A stretch of DNA of 64,000 bases from an uncultured Planctomycetales bacterium (GTDB lineage: Bacteria; Planctomycetota; Planctomycetia; Pirellulales; Pirellulaceae), in assembly GCA_963695405.1 (NCBI GenBank), contig CAVOGJ010000003.1, positions 1 to 64,000 on the forward strand, in the 5' to 3' direction. Position 1 is the stretch's first letter, and each line of letters opens with the position of its first letter. Below the pieces are notes generated by a model that was given only the letters and a program-made list of their open reading frames with translations, was not told the origin of the DNA and searched no databases. This document shows, piece after piece, positions 10,805-21,417 of this stretch. The position numbers and the translations under genes are program-made.

Positions 10805-13258
10805 ATGTTGACGACTACTCCCAAAGACCGCAATCGAGACGAATTCCAGTCTTTGCTAGGTGGAGATGTCGGCCGAATGCTACTGGAGGTACGTCTGCAA
10901 GACGCCTCGCAGTTGGTCTCGATCACGGGCCCCAAGGCGGTTGTCGGCAGTGCGCCGCATTGCGATATCCGCCTGGCAAGCAACCTGGCTCAGCCCGTCG
11001 AGGTCATCATCCTCCGGGGCGCCTCAAGTACCACCGTGCGTCGTTGGTCTGCCGAGGCACTCTTGAACGGCAACCCGTTTGAGGACGCCACACTCTGCCA
11101 AGGAGACATTTTGTCCTGCGGTCAACTCACCCTGGAGGTGATCGCGGACTCGCATTCCGACGATCTTGATGACGCGGCCGCCACGGGTGACGAGCCGCAT
11201 CGGATGGCGCCAATGACCGCCGAAACCGAGTCCATCGATGAACTGAGTTTCGGTCCGGACGGTAAGGCCCCAGCCGACCTGAACACGCATGGAGATCAAG
11301 CGACCGTCGAAGATGCCGCGCCCAGCGATCGCCACGATGACGACCTGTTCGCCGAACTGCGAGCATCCCTATTGCCGGGCGATGAAAGTCCGCCGGAAGT
11401 TGCACCTTTGGACAGCCTCACCGGAAATTTTGACCCAGCCAAAGTCGACTGGAACGACGGCGAAGGAACCAAGACGGAGGCTTCGGATCCATCTGACGAA
11501 CGGACTTTATTTGACACCGACGATGAGCCGAAGGGTGAGAACGACCTCCAGGCCCACTCGATCAGCGAAGACCCTTTCGAGTCCTTGCAGCGGCGACTCG
11601 ATGAGGCTGTCCGCGAGGCGCACGAAAAGGACCGTGTGCCATACGATGTGGAAAATTTATCCACTGATTTTGTGAGCGACAGTCCGCTCGACGCAACGAC
11701 CGAGAGCTCGGACCAGCAACCGCTATTGGACACCGATGGGGAGGGAGCGGTCAATTCCGAAACCAGCCACCTGCCGGACGATGACGTGACGGCCCAGGTA
11801 GGTGTCGATGTCCCTGCCGACGAGCTCTCGCTGGAAACAACGCATGCTCATGCCGACGCAGACGCACGACCTTACGCCGAAAACGAGGAAGGTGTCGATC
11901 CACTGACCGCCGCCGAGGACGATTCGACGTGGGGTGACTCCAGCGGTCTCGCGTTCGCCATCCATGGACTGCAAGACGCTGGCGAAGCGTCGGAACCTGC
12001 GAATGACGAGGCGGCGGACCGGCCAGACGTCGAGGCGGTCGAGCCCCTGATCGATATCGAACTCTACGAGGAAAGTGATGCCCCCTGGGGGATGCCCACT
12101 GGTGAGGGCGAGTTGACCATCGATGAACAGCAAGCCGACTCGAGCACCGAGGAACCGGTGTCTGCGGTGAGCGACGACGGGGTTTACCTATCGAAAGACG
12201 GAGAGACCGACTTGCTGCCTGACGAGGCCGCCTACGTCGCGGCGGACGAAGAGGTGTCTACGTCACCCGATGATGCGGATGATCCTGGGGGGTATCAAGA
12301 GGCTTATGACCCGTCCGATGAAGCATTCGAGTTCGAGACCGCCAACGAGGATGATCACTACAGCGAACGAAACGAAGAGACCGACGATCCGTACGCCGAA
12401 CACACCGAAGCGTCCGAGCTAGAATACGCTTACGCAGATGAAGTCGCCTACGACGCCGGTGATATGGCAGAGAATGCCACGCCCGAGACAGAGGCCTGTG
12501 TTCTCGCGGATGAATCGCACGAATACGCCGATGAGGATTCCACGGATTGGGGGAACAGCAGTGACACCGAAGAGGCAACTGCCTGGAGCGAAGATAATTA
12601 CGAGGAAGATGAGCAGGAGCCACAACCGCCGATCGCCTACTTTGATGAAACCGAAGAAGAGCGGGCCGCTGCGACTCATGCCGAGCCGTCTGAAGACGGA
12701 TCGATCGAGGACTACATGCGAAAGTTGCTGGAGCGCGTCGGCACAGAACCGAACGGGACGGGTCCACCCGAAGTCGTCACACGGACCAAGGCCGCCACAA
12801 AAACTTCCGATCACGAGAACGCTGACGCGTTGAAAAAGACGAAAACGTCGCAATGGCCGCTGGCAAAGACAAAGAGCATGCCGGAACGCATCACCGATCT
12901 CGCGGCCATGCGAGAACTCGCCAACGAGTCAGCGCGGACAGCGATTTCCCAACATACCGCCACGCAACATCAGGACATCGCCCGGAATAAGCTCTTTTCG
13001 GCCGCCGCGCTTGGTTTGGGCAGCGCCATTCTCTTGATCCTTTCGCATTTGCGAGCCAACCTACTGCTGTTCGCCGGCATCATGCTGCTCGGCGTGGCCA
13101 TCCACTCCGTACTGCAAGGTCTTAAATCGACCGTGGTCACGACCGGACTCTCCGGCAAGCGGAAGCCGCGTCGTCGCAAGAAGACGAAGTCGGTGCGATC
13201 GCCCAAAATGCGGCAGCAGGCAGGGAAAAAGCGACAGCAAGGGGAACCGCTGGCGTAA
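10805..13258 (+). CDS. FHA-domain protein with ~600-aa hyper-acidic disordered region and C-terminal TM anchor
   Basis: N-terminal ~100 aa is FHA-like (…VSITGPKAVVGSAPHCDIRLAS…ILSCGQLTLEV). A long D/E-rich low-complexity stretch follows, then a hydrophobic helix and a basic tail (KRKPRRRKKTK). Confidence 0.6.
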   Translation: MLTTTPKDRNRDEFQSLLGGDVGRMLLEVRLQDASQLVSITGPKAVVGSAPHCDIRLASNLAQPVEVIILRGASSTTVRRWSAEALLNGNPFEDATLCQGDILSCGQLTLEVIADSHSDDLDDAAATGDEPHRMAPMTAETESIDELSFGPDGKAPADLNTHGDQATVEDAAPSDRHDDDLFAELRASLLPGDESPPEVAPLDSLTGNFDPAKVDWNDGEGTKTEASDPSDERTLFDTDDEPKGENDLQAHSISEDPFESLQRRLDEAVREAHEKDRVPYDVENLSTDFVSDSPLDATTESSDQQPLLDTDGEGAVNSETSHLPDDDVTAQVGVDVPADELSLETTHAHADADARPYAENEEGVDPLTAAEDDSTWGDSSGLAFAIHGLQDAGEASEPANDEAADRPDVEAVEPLIDIELYEESDAPWGMPTGEGELTIDEQQADSSTEEPVSAVSDDGVYLSKDGETDLLPDEAAYVAADEEVSTSPDDADDPGGYQEAYDPSDEAFEFETANEDDHYSERNEETDDPYAEHTEASELEYAYADEVAYDAGDMAENATPETEACVLADESHEYADEDSTDWGNSSDTEEATAWSEDNYEEDEQEPQPPIAYFDETEEERAAATHAEPSEDGSIEDYMRKLLERVGTEPNGTGPPEVVTRTKAATKTSDHENADALKKTKTSQWPLAKTKSMPERITDLAAMRELANESARTAISQHTATQHQDIARNKLFSAAALGLGSAILLILSHLRANLLLFAGIMLLGVAIHSVLQGLKSTVVTTGLSGKRKPRRRKKTKSVRSPKMRQQAGKKRQQGEPLA

Positions 13259-13315
13259 TTCCGTCCTTTACCGACCTCTGGGAGGTGCTCGGCTTCCACC
13301 TGGGGATGTCAGGGG

Positions 13316-14329
13316 CTAGAAACCACGTGCGATGCACACATCCTCGAAATCGCGGAGATGGTAGTTGATGCCGACATAATCGAGGACGCGGCAGAGGCCG
13401 CGTAGTGCGACCCCGAATCCGTCAGGGCCGCTGAATCCACCGAACTGCCCGCCACCTTTGACGTGGGGCTCGAGATCGACAAACACCCCCGGGATGCCGC
13501 GTCGCTTGAGAGTCGCTTCCAGCGTCGGAATTTCGCTGCGGAAATCTCGCAGAATCAGCTCGTGGGCACCGTCGCCCACATCGGCCGGCACAAAATGCCT
13601 CAAGGCCTCCTCATCCACGTGGGCTTGGCGCTTGACTGGCTTCGGGTTGCGAAAGTCCTTAATGTGCAACCAGCCTAAACCGGGCTTCATCGCCAGGTAC
13701 TGTTCGAAAAGCTCGGCTTGCGTAAAGCCTTGCGTCAGGATGTTGGCGGCGTCAAAAATCAGCACGAGCGCCGGATGATTCACCTGCCGATGAATTTCCG
13801 CAAGCAGCTGCCCCGTATGGCCCACGAGGTTGGCCTCGACTTCCAGACCAAACGTCAAATCGCTGCGATGAGCCATCTCGGCGATTTGCCCCAACTGGTC
13901 GACAGCCTGCGGGAGGTGCTCCTCGGGTGACGATCCCTGGGGAGGGTAAAACGAAAAACCGCGAATCAATTTGGCACCAAAGGCGTGGGCCCGTTCGCAC
14001 GCGACGGCGACATCGCGCTCGAGATACGTCGGAAACGGCACGAACTTGTTGTCCGTTCCGTCGTCGACATCTAGCAATTTAACTTTCCCAATTGGCGAAC
14101 CGATGGAGGAGACATCCAGTCCGTATTCATGCTGCAGATGACGAATTTTGTGAATCTCCGACTTCGTCAGTTGCATCACATTCTTAACGCCGTGTCCCAC
14201 GTCAATAAATCGAATGCTATAGAACTGCAAACCTAACGCCGCGAACGCCGCGAATTGCTGCGTGGCCGTTTTGTCATTGGCGGCTTCGTCGGCGAAACCA
14301 CTGAGAATTACGCTGGCTTGTTGCGGCAT
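13316..14329 (-). CDS. sugar phosphate isomerase/epimerase (xylose isomerase-like TIM barrel)
   Basis: Length and conserved acidic/His positions of the AP-endonuclease-2/xylose isomerase-like family; start at MPQQASVILSGF. Confidence 0.65.
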   Translation of the reverse strand: MPQQASVILSGFADEAANDKTATQQFAAFAALGLQFYSIRFIDVGHGVKNVMQLTKSEIHKIRHLQHEYGLDVSSIGSPIGKVKLLDVDDGTDNKFVPFPTYLERDVAVACERAHAFGAKLIRGFSFYPPQGSSPEEHLPQAVDQLGQIAEMAHRSDLTFGLEVEANLVGHTGQLLAEIHRQVNHPALVLIFDAANILTQGFTQAELFEQYLAMKPGLGWLHIKDFRNPKPVKRQAHVDEEALRHFVPADVGDGAHELILRDFRSEIPTLEATLKRRGIPGVFVDLEPHVKGGGQFGGFSGPDGFGVALRGLCRVLDYVGINYHLRDFEDVCIARGF

Positions 14330-14517
14330 CGAGTTGCTTTCACGGTTGAGCCCGAACGGCGAATCGGGCAACAAGCGAGCTCTTGGCAGGCTGGCCCTGA
14401 TGCACCCGAGGGGCGAGGTTGATCGACAATCCGCTGTGTCGCTTGCTGGTGGTGCCGCCAGGGGCCAGGGGCCGCCGTTGGTCGCCAACTTCATCGACTT
14501 CCGAAATGAATGCGGGA

Positions 14518-14901
14518 CTACTTGCAGTATTCGACGGTAATCGTCGAACGCAATCCACCCCGCGGAGTAAATGCAGCGACGAGCTTCATCGAACGGGGTT
14601 GCGTGACCGCAACCAAATCATCCAAGATCCGATTCGTCACATGCTCGTAAAATATGCCCTCGTTGCGAAACCTTTGCAGGTACATCTTGAGACTCTTTAG
14701 TTCCACGCAACGCTCGTCAGGCACGTAGCTGAGCGTCAGCGTGCCAAAATCAGGCTGACCTGTCTTAGGACAGACTGAAGTGAACTCAGGGCATGTCGTT
14801 TCGATGATATAATCACGTTGCGGAAACTGGTTCTCGAACGTATCTAGCGTTTTGCGAAAATTATCGGTCAATGCTGGTGCTCCTATCTGCAAGGACCCCA
14901 T
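14518..14901 (-). CDS. queF: NADPH-dependent 7-cyano-7-deazaguanine reductase
   Basis: [19 protein letters not shown] matches the QueF motif E(F/L)TSxCPxTGQPDF; 127 aa, type I QueF. Confidence 0.85.
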   Translation of the reverse strand: MGSLQIGAPALTDNFRKTLDTFENQFPQRDYIIETTCPEFTSVCPKTGQPDFGTLTLSYVPDERCVELKSLKMYLQRFRNEGIFYEHVTNRILDDLVAVTQPRSMKLVAAFTPRGGLRSTITVEYCK

Positions 14902-14973
14902 TCTGGCATGATGGCACGGTCCCTCCAAGGGGCGGATCGACATCTTGCCCCACGATCCACGGTGCGGCCAACC

Positions 14974-15660
14974 ATGAAAGTCGCTGAAATCTACCGATCG
15001 ATTCAGGGCGAAGGCCGTTTGACGGGAACGGAAAGCGTGTTCGTGCGAGCCAGCGGCTGCAACCTTCGATGTAACTACTGCGATACACCATTTGCCTCGT
15101 GGAATCCCGAGGGACTCGATCTGTCGGTCGACGACGTCCTGCAGCAAGTGCTCTCCCTCGACGTTCGACACGTTGTCCTCACCGGCGGAGAGCCAATGCT
15201 GTTTTCCGAACTCATTCCCCTCTGCCAGCAATTGCGGGAAGCCGGGCGGCACATCACCATCGAAACCGCCGGAACACTCTATTTGCCTCTCGAATGCGAT
15301 TTGCTGTCGATCAGCCCCAAGACCAGCAATTCGGCACCCAACGTCCGGGAACATCCCCAGTGGCATGAACGGCATGAGCGGACGCGACATGCGCCACAGG
15401 TGATTCGCCAATTGATTGCCGAGCATCCCTATCAGATCAAGTTCGTCGTGGCGACCCCAGCCGACCTGCGCGAGATTGAAAATTACCTGCTGGCATTTCC
15501 CGAAATCGACCGTCGCCATGTCCTCCTCATGCCCGAAGGGACTGCGACGGCGAGACTCGACGCAGTGGCCGATTGGCTGGCCCCCCTGTGCGACCAACTG
15601 GGACTCGCGTTCTGCCCACGCCACCATATCGGCTGGTTCGGCTTGACCCGCGGCACGTGA
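14974..15660 (+). CDS. queE: 7-carboxy-7-deazaguanine synthase (radical SAM)
   Basis: [10 protein letters not shown] radical-SAM cysteine motif; transcribed divergently from queF. Confidence 0.85.
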   Translation: MKVAEIYRSIQGEGRLTGTESVFVRASGCNLRCNYCDTPFASWNPEGLDLSVDDVLQQVLSLDVRHVVLTGGEPMLFSELIPLCQQLREAGRHITIETAGTLYLPLECDLLSISPKTSNSAPNVREHPQWHERHERTRHAPQVIRQLIAEHPYQIKFVVATPADLREIENYLLAFPEIDRRHVLLMPEGTATARLDAVADWLAPLCDQLGLAFCPRHHIGWFGLTRGT

Positions 15661-15993
15661 CGCCTGGCCCAAATACCTCGACATCGGTCGGGCAGTTTTC
15701 GACCTTTCCCGAAGAATTCGAGTTGATTCAGACGCGGGACCTGACTAGCATAATCGTTCCGAGGTAGATCCACCGGAAAGGCTCAATTTCAGCCGCCGGA
15801 AAACCGAACTCGGTAGAGGCGAAGACAAGAGAAGACAAGAACGACATCTACCCGGTCGGCATGACGACCGGTTGTGGGCGGTCGCGAACATCGGCCGATC
15901 CGAGTGGGGAGTCCCTGCTGGACCTCCACCTGCACCCTACTGGACGTGATTTGGATACCTTTACCTACCTTTACTTATTTTGGGAGTGACAAG

Positions 15994-16272
15994 ATGGGCT
16001 CGTACCATGCGACCTGGGAGGACGAAGAGAACAACCGCCAGATCCAGTTTTCCGTGGATTATACCGCGGAAAACGGATCGATTGAGATCACGGCCATCAC
16101 TCCCTCCAAGATCTCATTCATCTGCCCGGAAACCAACACCTGCCACCGAGCCGTCGGCGTCCACACCCAGGGAGGGCGCTCGTTGCTGGCCAAGCACCTC
16201 CGCGCCAAAGCCGAGCTGGACCGTTTGGCCAACGAAATTGCCGATCGGACGCAGGAAACGGCCACGGTGTAG
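15994..16272 (+). CDS. hypothetical protein (92 aa)
   Basis: GGGAG RBS upstream of the ATG and an AT-rich promoter-like region; no recognisable domain. Confidence 0.4.
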   Translation: MGSYHATWEDEENNRQIQFSVDYTAENGSIEITAITPSKISFICPETNTCHRAVGVHTQGGRSLLAKHLRAKAELDRLANEIADRTQETATV

Positions 16273-16360
16273 CACGGTCCGTGGCGGGCCGCTGGCATGA
16301 AGGTGACTTCTCCGGAAGACGATCACGCCAGGCGGTTCGGCACACGGGCAACCTGCTGCC

Positions 16361-17398
16361 TTAGAGGCTCCGGGGAAAGAAATCCCTTACCAGACGATAA
16401 AATTCGTCTGGTGTTTGGAGATTCGCAACTTGTTTGCGAAATTCCCGCGCTCCCGGTCTGCCTTGAGCGTAATTGCAGGCGAATTTTCGCATCAGCAGCG
16501 TCCCTTTATCGGGCCCGAATCGTCTGAGCACAAGTTCGTAGTGTCGGAGCATGCAGTCTCGCTGTTCCTCGAGCGTGGGGTCCGGAGGAATCGGCTCACC
16601 CCGCAGTGCGGCCTGCGCCTGCGCGAACAACCAAGGTCGCCCCAAACAAGCACGCGCGATCATCACACCATCCACATCATATTGGCGGAATGCCTCGACA
16701 ACAGCTTCGGCCGACGCCAGGTCTCCGTTGCCTATCAGCGGGATGCGTCTCAAATGCGGCTTGATTTCCGCGATACGGTCCCAGTCGGCACTTCCCTTGA
16801 AATAGTCCGCCGCGGTGCGACCGTGCACCGTTAGCGCCGCCGCGCCGGCTTCCTCGACGACTCGAGCGATCTCGACCGCGTTGATCTGTTTGCGGTTACA
16901 GCCGAGCCGAATCTTGGCCGTCACTGGAGTGGTGCCGCACGCCTCGACGACGCGCCGAATGATGTCGAACATTCGCTCGGGGAAACGCAACAAATACGAC
17001 CCACTATGAGCCTTCTCTGTGACCTGTTTCACCGGGCAACCGAAGTTGATGTCCACCACGCTGACTTGATACTCACTGGCCAGACGATGGCCGACTTGTG
17101 CCATGACCTCCGGATCGTTGTCCCAAATTTGCACGGCGAGCGGGCGTGGTTCCGTCTTGACGCCCCACAAACGGTCCGGATGCTCCTGCTGATGGCGATC
17201 GAGCCACACGAACCCCCTGGCGTTCACCATTTCCGTGGCAAGCAGCCCGACGCCACCGAATTCACGGACCATTTGTCGAAAGGCGTAGTTAGTGAAGCCA
17301 GCCATGGGCGCCTGCAGAATGGGTGGATCGACCGTGAATGGACCGATCCGAAGCGGGCGCAATTCCAAGGGAGGGCGGGAAGGGACAGGAGATGTCAT
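16361..17398 (-). CDS. dusB: tRNA-dihydrouridine synthase
   Basis: FMN-binding TIM barrel; conserved PMAGFTN…, DINFGCP, catalytic K (TAKIRLG) and HGRT motif. Confidence 0.85.
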   Translation of the reverse strand: MTSPVPSRPPLELRPLRIGPFTVDPPILQAPMAGFTNYAFRQMVREFGGVGLLATEMVNARGFVWLDRHQQEHPDRLWGVKTEPRPLAVQIWDNDPEVMAQVGHRLASEYQVSVVDINFGCPVKQVTEKAHSGSYLLRFPERMFDIIRRVVEACGTTPVTAKIRLGCNRKQINAVEIARVVEEAGAAALTVHGRTAADYFKGSADWDRIAEIKPHLRRIPLIGNGDLASAEAVVEAFRQYDVDGVMIARACLGRPWLFAQAQAALRGEPIPPDPTLEEQRDCMLRHYELVLRRFGPDKGTLLMRKFACNYAQGRPGAREFRKQVANLQTPDEFYRLVRDFFPRSL

Positions 17399-17485
17399 GA
17401 CCTTTGCATCATGAAATCTTCGGCCCACAGCGCCAAGGGCCGACGATCGGGACCGACGCGACTTTCGCGGTCCCGGGTCTGCGGC

Positions 17486-18193
17486 CTAATGCCATTGCAG
17501 CTGGTTCCCGGGAATCGGCGGCGTGCGGTTGGCTTCCAAAGACGGCTCATAACTTGCCGCTTGAGGTTGGAGATTGCCTTCCGCTTCCATTTCTGGAAAA
17601 CAGTTGCAAGTTGCGGAGCGAGCCACCGCCGGTCGAACCGGATTGATCCTGTAAGCAGGCCCATTGGCCACAAAGGTGCCGGCGGCGGGAATCACCGCGT
17701 ACGGCTGGGAATTGCCTGGCGACACAAACTCGAGGGCGTTGGCTTGCGCCAACGAGCTGTCATAGGAAGCTGGCGGTCGATTTGATCCCTGGAACGGGGG
17801 CGCCCAGGCCAGCGTCTTGGACGGTCGGAGGTTGGCTGGCAAGGGGCGTTGCGGTGCGAAGGGAGGCTCGGAAGCGGCTGGAGCCGATTGGGCCCCGAAA
17901 TCCAGCCCGGGGCGTTCCGCGGACTCCCAGTTCTCATTCGAAGCGCCTGGCGGCAACGAAGAGGTTCGAGGCTCAGGCGGAGCCTGGTTGCTCAGCGAAG
18001 GCACCGGCTGCATGGCGGCAGGGGCGGCGGATGGGCCATTGTAATAGCCACTTCCCGCGCCAATGCTTCCGGTAGGCGGCGGTGGGATGCACTGCGTCTG
18101 GTAGGGAGTGAACGGATCAAACACGTTGGGATTGGCGCGGCAGCCCGCGAATAAGAGGATCGCGGCCAGCCAGCACATCAACTTCTTGTTCAT
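17486..18193 (-). CDS. Pro-rich lipoprotein
   Basis: Signal peptide with lipobox LLFAGC; low-complexity Pro/Ala/Ser-rich body. Confidence 0.5.
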   Translation of the reverse strand: MNKKLMCWLAAILLFAGCRANPNVFDPFTPYQTQCIPPPPTGSIGAGSGYYNGPSAAPAAMQPVPSLSNQAPPEPRTSSLPPGASNENWESAERPGLDFGAQSAPAASEPPFAPQRPLPANLRPSKTLAWAPPFQGSNRPPASYDSSLAQANALEFVSPGNSQPYAVIPAAGTFVANGPAYRINPVRPAVARSATCNCFPEMEAEGNLQPQAASYEPSLEANRTPPIPGNQLQWH

Positions 18194-18562
18194 CGTCGTT
18201 CCCTCGACGTTTCGAATCGATCTTGCCCAAAAGCGCGTGCAAGTCGGCTAGACGATATCGGGAACGCTGGAGTGGTCCTAGCCGAATGGCGATAGCGGCT
18301 GCGGATGGTGAAGAAACCGCCTCGAAAATTCACTTTTCCTCGGGCGAACCCCCTGCCCACTGCGTCCGCCGACGCGACACCTGATGACCATTTCCGCAGA
18401 ACTTGCTAGCAGTACGGTGGCCAGGAACAACCGTGCAGCCCCATCGGCAACCTTTCCGCCCACCATAAACTGCGGCGGATCGAAAACGACGTCAGGCGTT
18501 GCGCCTGACGTCGAATCGTCGATGAAGACAAATGTTTCCTTGCGGAAGCAGCGCAGATCGAA

Positions 18563-19048
18563 TCAGTCGTTGTATCCGACGTGCGCCAGCTGGACGGGTT
18601 CCACGCCATCGGTCACGTAAGGATTCACGATCATCAGTGGTTGTTGCGCTACATCGTCCTCGGCCGGAACGGCTGCCGGTTGTGTCTCGACATTTGCCGG
18701 CTGCACGTAAGGATTGCGAATCTCTTTCGAGAGTTCGATGGGGATCACGTCCGGCGTCGGAACATCGCCAGGATAAGCGAAAGGACTGTAGCCGTACGTA
18801 CGAGCGACGGGTGCGCTGTAGTAGACCGGAGGATGTAAGGCGAAGTACGGCGGAATCGGAATTCGGTTTCGCAGATAGAGATCCCAAATGGTGGAAATTC
18901 TGGTTCCACCACCAAGACCAACACCGAAACCGATACCCGGGCCGAAGCCGGGACCACCTCCACCAAATCGCTGGGCGGAAGCCGGGGAAGCCGATGCGCT
19001 GACGAATAGCGCGACGACGGCGACAAACAAAAGGACGGAGCGTTTCAT
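18563..19048 (-). CDS. secreted Gly-rich protein
   Basis: Cleavable signal peptide (…ASASPASA/QRF) followed by GGGPGFGPGIGFGVGLGGG repeats. Confidence 0.5.
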   Translation of the reverse strand: MKRSVLLFVAVVALFVSASASPASAQRFGGGGPGFGPGIGFGVGLGGGTRISTIWDLYLRNRIPIPPYFALHPPVYYSAPVARTYGYSPFAYPGDVPTPDVIPIELSKEIRNPYVQPANVETQPAAVPAEDDVAQQPLMIVNPYVTDGVEPVQLAHVGYND

Positions 19049-19458
19049 GGTGAGTACCTTCTTTGGACAAGCTTTGCCTCTTCAACCACAGTCTTCACAA
19101 TAATTGCGGTGAGGTAAAACGACAACCAGGAAAACGGTGGCGGACCAAGAATGTTGGTGGCCGCCCGCGCAATCCGTACCATCCATGTGGCTGCTACAAC
19201 CGGTCGGGGTGGGAACGACCTCGATTCGTCGTTGGCCACGCTTATTATGTCTACGACCCTCGAATTCTCATCCGCCTACTGCTGCGGAAAAGTCGCGTCT
19301 AGAATGGTCAGCGGCTCCGCTCGATCCGATCGACTGCACCGCAGTACAGTTGAAGATTCTTGTGTTCACCGATGGATATCGGGCCACGATTCACACAGCA
19401 ACCGAACAGTCGGCGCCGCCGCCATCGTCCTGCGTTCCTATCCCGCCAGGCATTCACC

Positions 19459-20608
19459 GTGCACCCGGACAACCTCACGCAACGTCTGAAAGAGGAGGCG
19501 ATCCGTCTCGGGTTCGATGACGTGGGTGTTTGTGCCGCCGTGGAACCGCCCGGCGCATCCCGACTGGTGGAGTGGCTGGCACGGGGCTACGCCGGCGAGA
19601 TGAAATACCTAAGTGAACGCCAAGCTGCTTATGCCGATCCCCGCCACGTACTGGCTGGCGCGAAATATCGTCATGTTGACGACCAATTACGCGTCTGGCC
19701 CGCGAGCGACACATTCTCCGGGGCAAGCCCGCATCTCTCGCTATGCGTGGGGAAACGCGGATTACCATGATGTGATCCACGGGCGCTTGAAGCAATTGAT
19801 TCGGTGGCTGACCGAGGTATGTCCGGGGAGCGCGAATCGAGGCGTCGTCGATACGGCTCCGCTGATGGAACGACAGTACGCACAGCTCGCCGGACTCGGC
19901 TGGCAGGGCAAGAATACGCTGCTCCTGAATCGGGCCGGAGGCAGTCTTTTCTTCCTTGCTGCGCTGTTGACCGATGTCGACCTGGCCACGGACCGACCCC
20001 ATGAGACCGACCACTGCGGCAGTTGCACCGCCTGTCTTGACGCCTGCCCGACGCAAGCCTTCCCGGAACCCTATCTCCTCGATGCCCGACGGTGTATTAG
20101 CTATTTGACGATCGAATTGCGCGATGAGATCCCAGAGCCGTTTCGACATCACTTGGACGATTGGCTTTTCGGCTGCGATGTTTGTCAGGACGTATGCCCT
20201 TGGAATCGCCAGGTGCCTGTTACCTCGACGGCGGAATTTGCCTCCCTGCCCGGCAACGATCCTATTGAACTGTGCGAACTGCTGCGGATGGACGACCAGG
20301 CGTTCCGGGCCCGCTTTCGCAAGACGCCCCTATGGAGGGCCAAGCGGGCCGGTATCCTCCGCAACGCGGCTCTGCTGTTGGGGGCCCAGCGTTATTTGCC
20401 CGCCACCGCATGCCTGACCTACGGTCTGGAGGACGTCGCAGAAGTCGTCCGTACCGCTTGTGCCTGGGCGTTGGGTGAGTTCGCCACGCCGGCGGCTCGG
20501 CAGGCGGTGGCGACCCGGCTGGCCGGCGAACGTGACGTGCGTGTCCGGGAGAGCTTGCAGGCGGCGCTGACGCGGGCAGCCGGGCAGCAAGGCCCGCCGA
20601 CGGCCTAA
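19459..20608 (+). pseudogene. queG: epoxyqueuosine reductase QueG, split by one frameshift near 19659-19665
   Basis: The N-terminal domain (LTQRLKEEAIRLGFDDVGVC…DPRHVLAGAK) is in the frame of ORF 19360-19770. The 4Fe-4S part (…NIVMLTTNY…CGSCTACLDACPT…FGCDVCQDVCPWN) is in the frame of ORF 19613-20608. Putative GTG start. Confidence 0.75.
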
Positions 20609-20845
20609 AGATGCATTTCGCCGCACGTTCCGCCAAGGCGGCATGCGAGGCGTCGGGCGAAATGGGGAGCAGGCACGAACGACTCCAAACGACTCACAAG
20701 GCACCGCGCCGCTCCCCCCTCCGGCTGCCCTGGCTGTGTTGCCCGATTCCAGGTCGACTGGTAAACTCAAAGGTTCGCCAGCACTCGTCGGAGGGGCTGT
20801 ACAAGGTACTGGTGGTTTTCGACCGCCGCAGGCAGGGACTGAATC

Positions 20846-21097
20846 ATGAAAAGCGACATTCACCCAGAATATTTTGAAACCACGGTTACGTGCGGCTGCG
20901 GCAACTCGTTCCAAACACGCAGCACCAAGAAGGAACTCCGCATCGACATCTGTAACATGTGCCATCCGTTCTACACGGGCAAGCTGAAGTTCGTGGATAC
21001 GACTGGCCGCATCGAAAAGTTCAAGTCGAAATACTCCGACGGCAACTACGCCAGTTTGAACCAGAAGAAGAAAAAGGCGACACGGCCGCCCCAATAG
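20846..21097 (+). CDS. rpmE: 50S ribosomal protein L31
   Basis: MKSDIHPEY…CGCG…CHPFYTGK signature. Confidence 0.85.
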   Translation: MKSDIHPEYFETTVTCGCGNSFQTRSTKKELRIDICNMCHPFYTGKLKFVDTTGRIEKFKSKYSDGNYASLNQKKKKATRPPQ

Positions 21098-21417
21098 CGC
21101 CGCGGGTTGTTCGACCCGCGGGTAGGCGTCGCCAAGGATCCCTCTCGCCGCCGACACTTTGTCGCCGTCCGCCATCGTGCTGCTCGGCTTGGCTCGCCCC
21201 GCACCGTCCCCGTTAGCGTGTGGATTATTGCGCCTGTCCCGGCCATCATTGTGTTCCTGCAAGTTGGTCAGAGGTCCAACGACATCGGGTGGCCTGCGGC
21301 GTGGACGCAGGGGTCTTTCGTGGTATACCATTCAGCGGCAGGCCTCAAGACTGGCCTAGCTCTGGCGTTTCCTCCGGCCGCGTTCGCGGTCGAACTTTTG
21401 ATCGGTGAGTGCGGACC

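Noticed and set aside
14902-15684. Upstream ~260 codons of the 14518-15684 minus ORF
   Set aside because: Only the last 127 codons are QueF. The remainder is antisense to queE and begins before a properly placed ATG (14901).
17006-17785. 259-aa plus-strand ORF
   Set aside because: Antisense to dusB and the lipoprotein gene.
21097-21125. Hairpin CCGCGGGT-TGTTCG-ACCCGCGG right after the rpmE stop
   Set aside because: Plausible terminator stem but lacks a U-tract. Left as unsupported.
20330-21331. 333-aa minus-strand ORF
   Set aside because: Antisense to queG and rpmE. Low-complexity R/P/G-rich translation with no domain signal.
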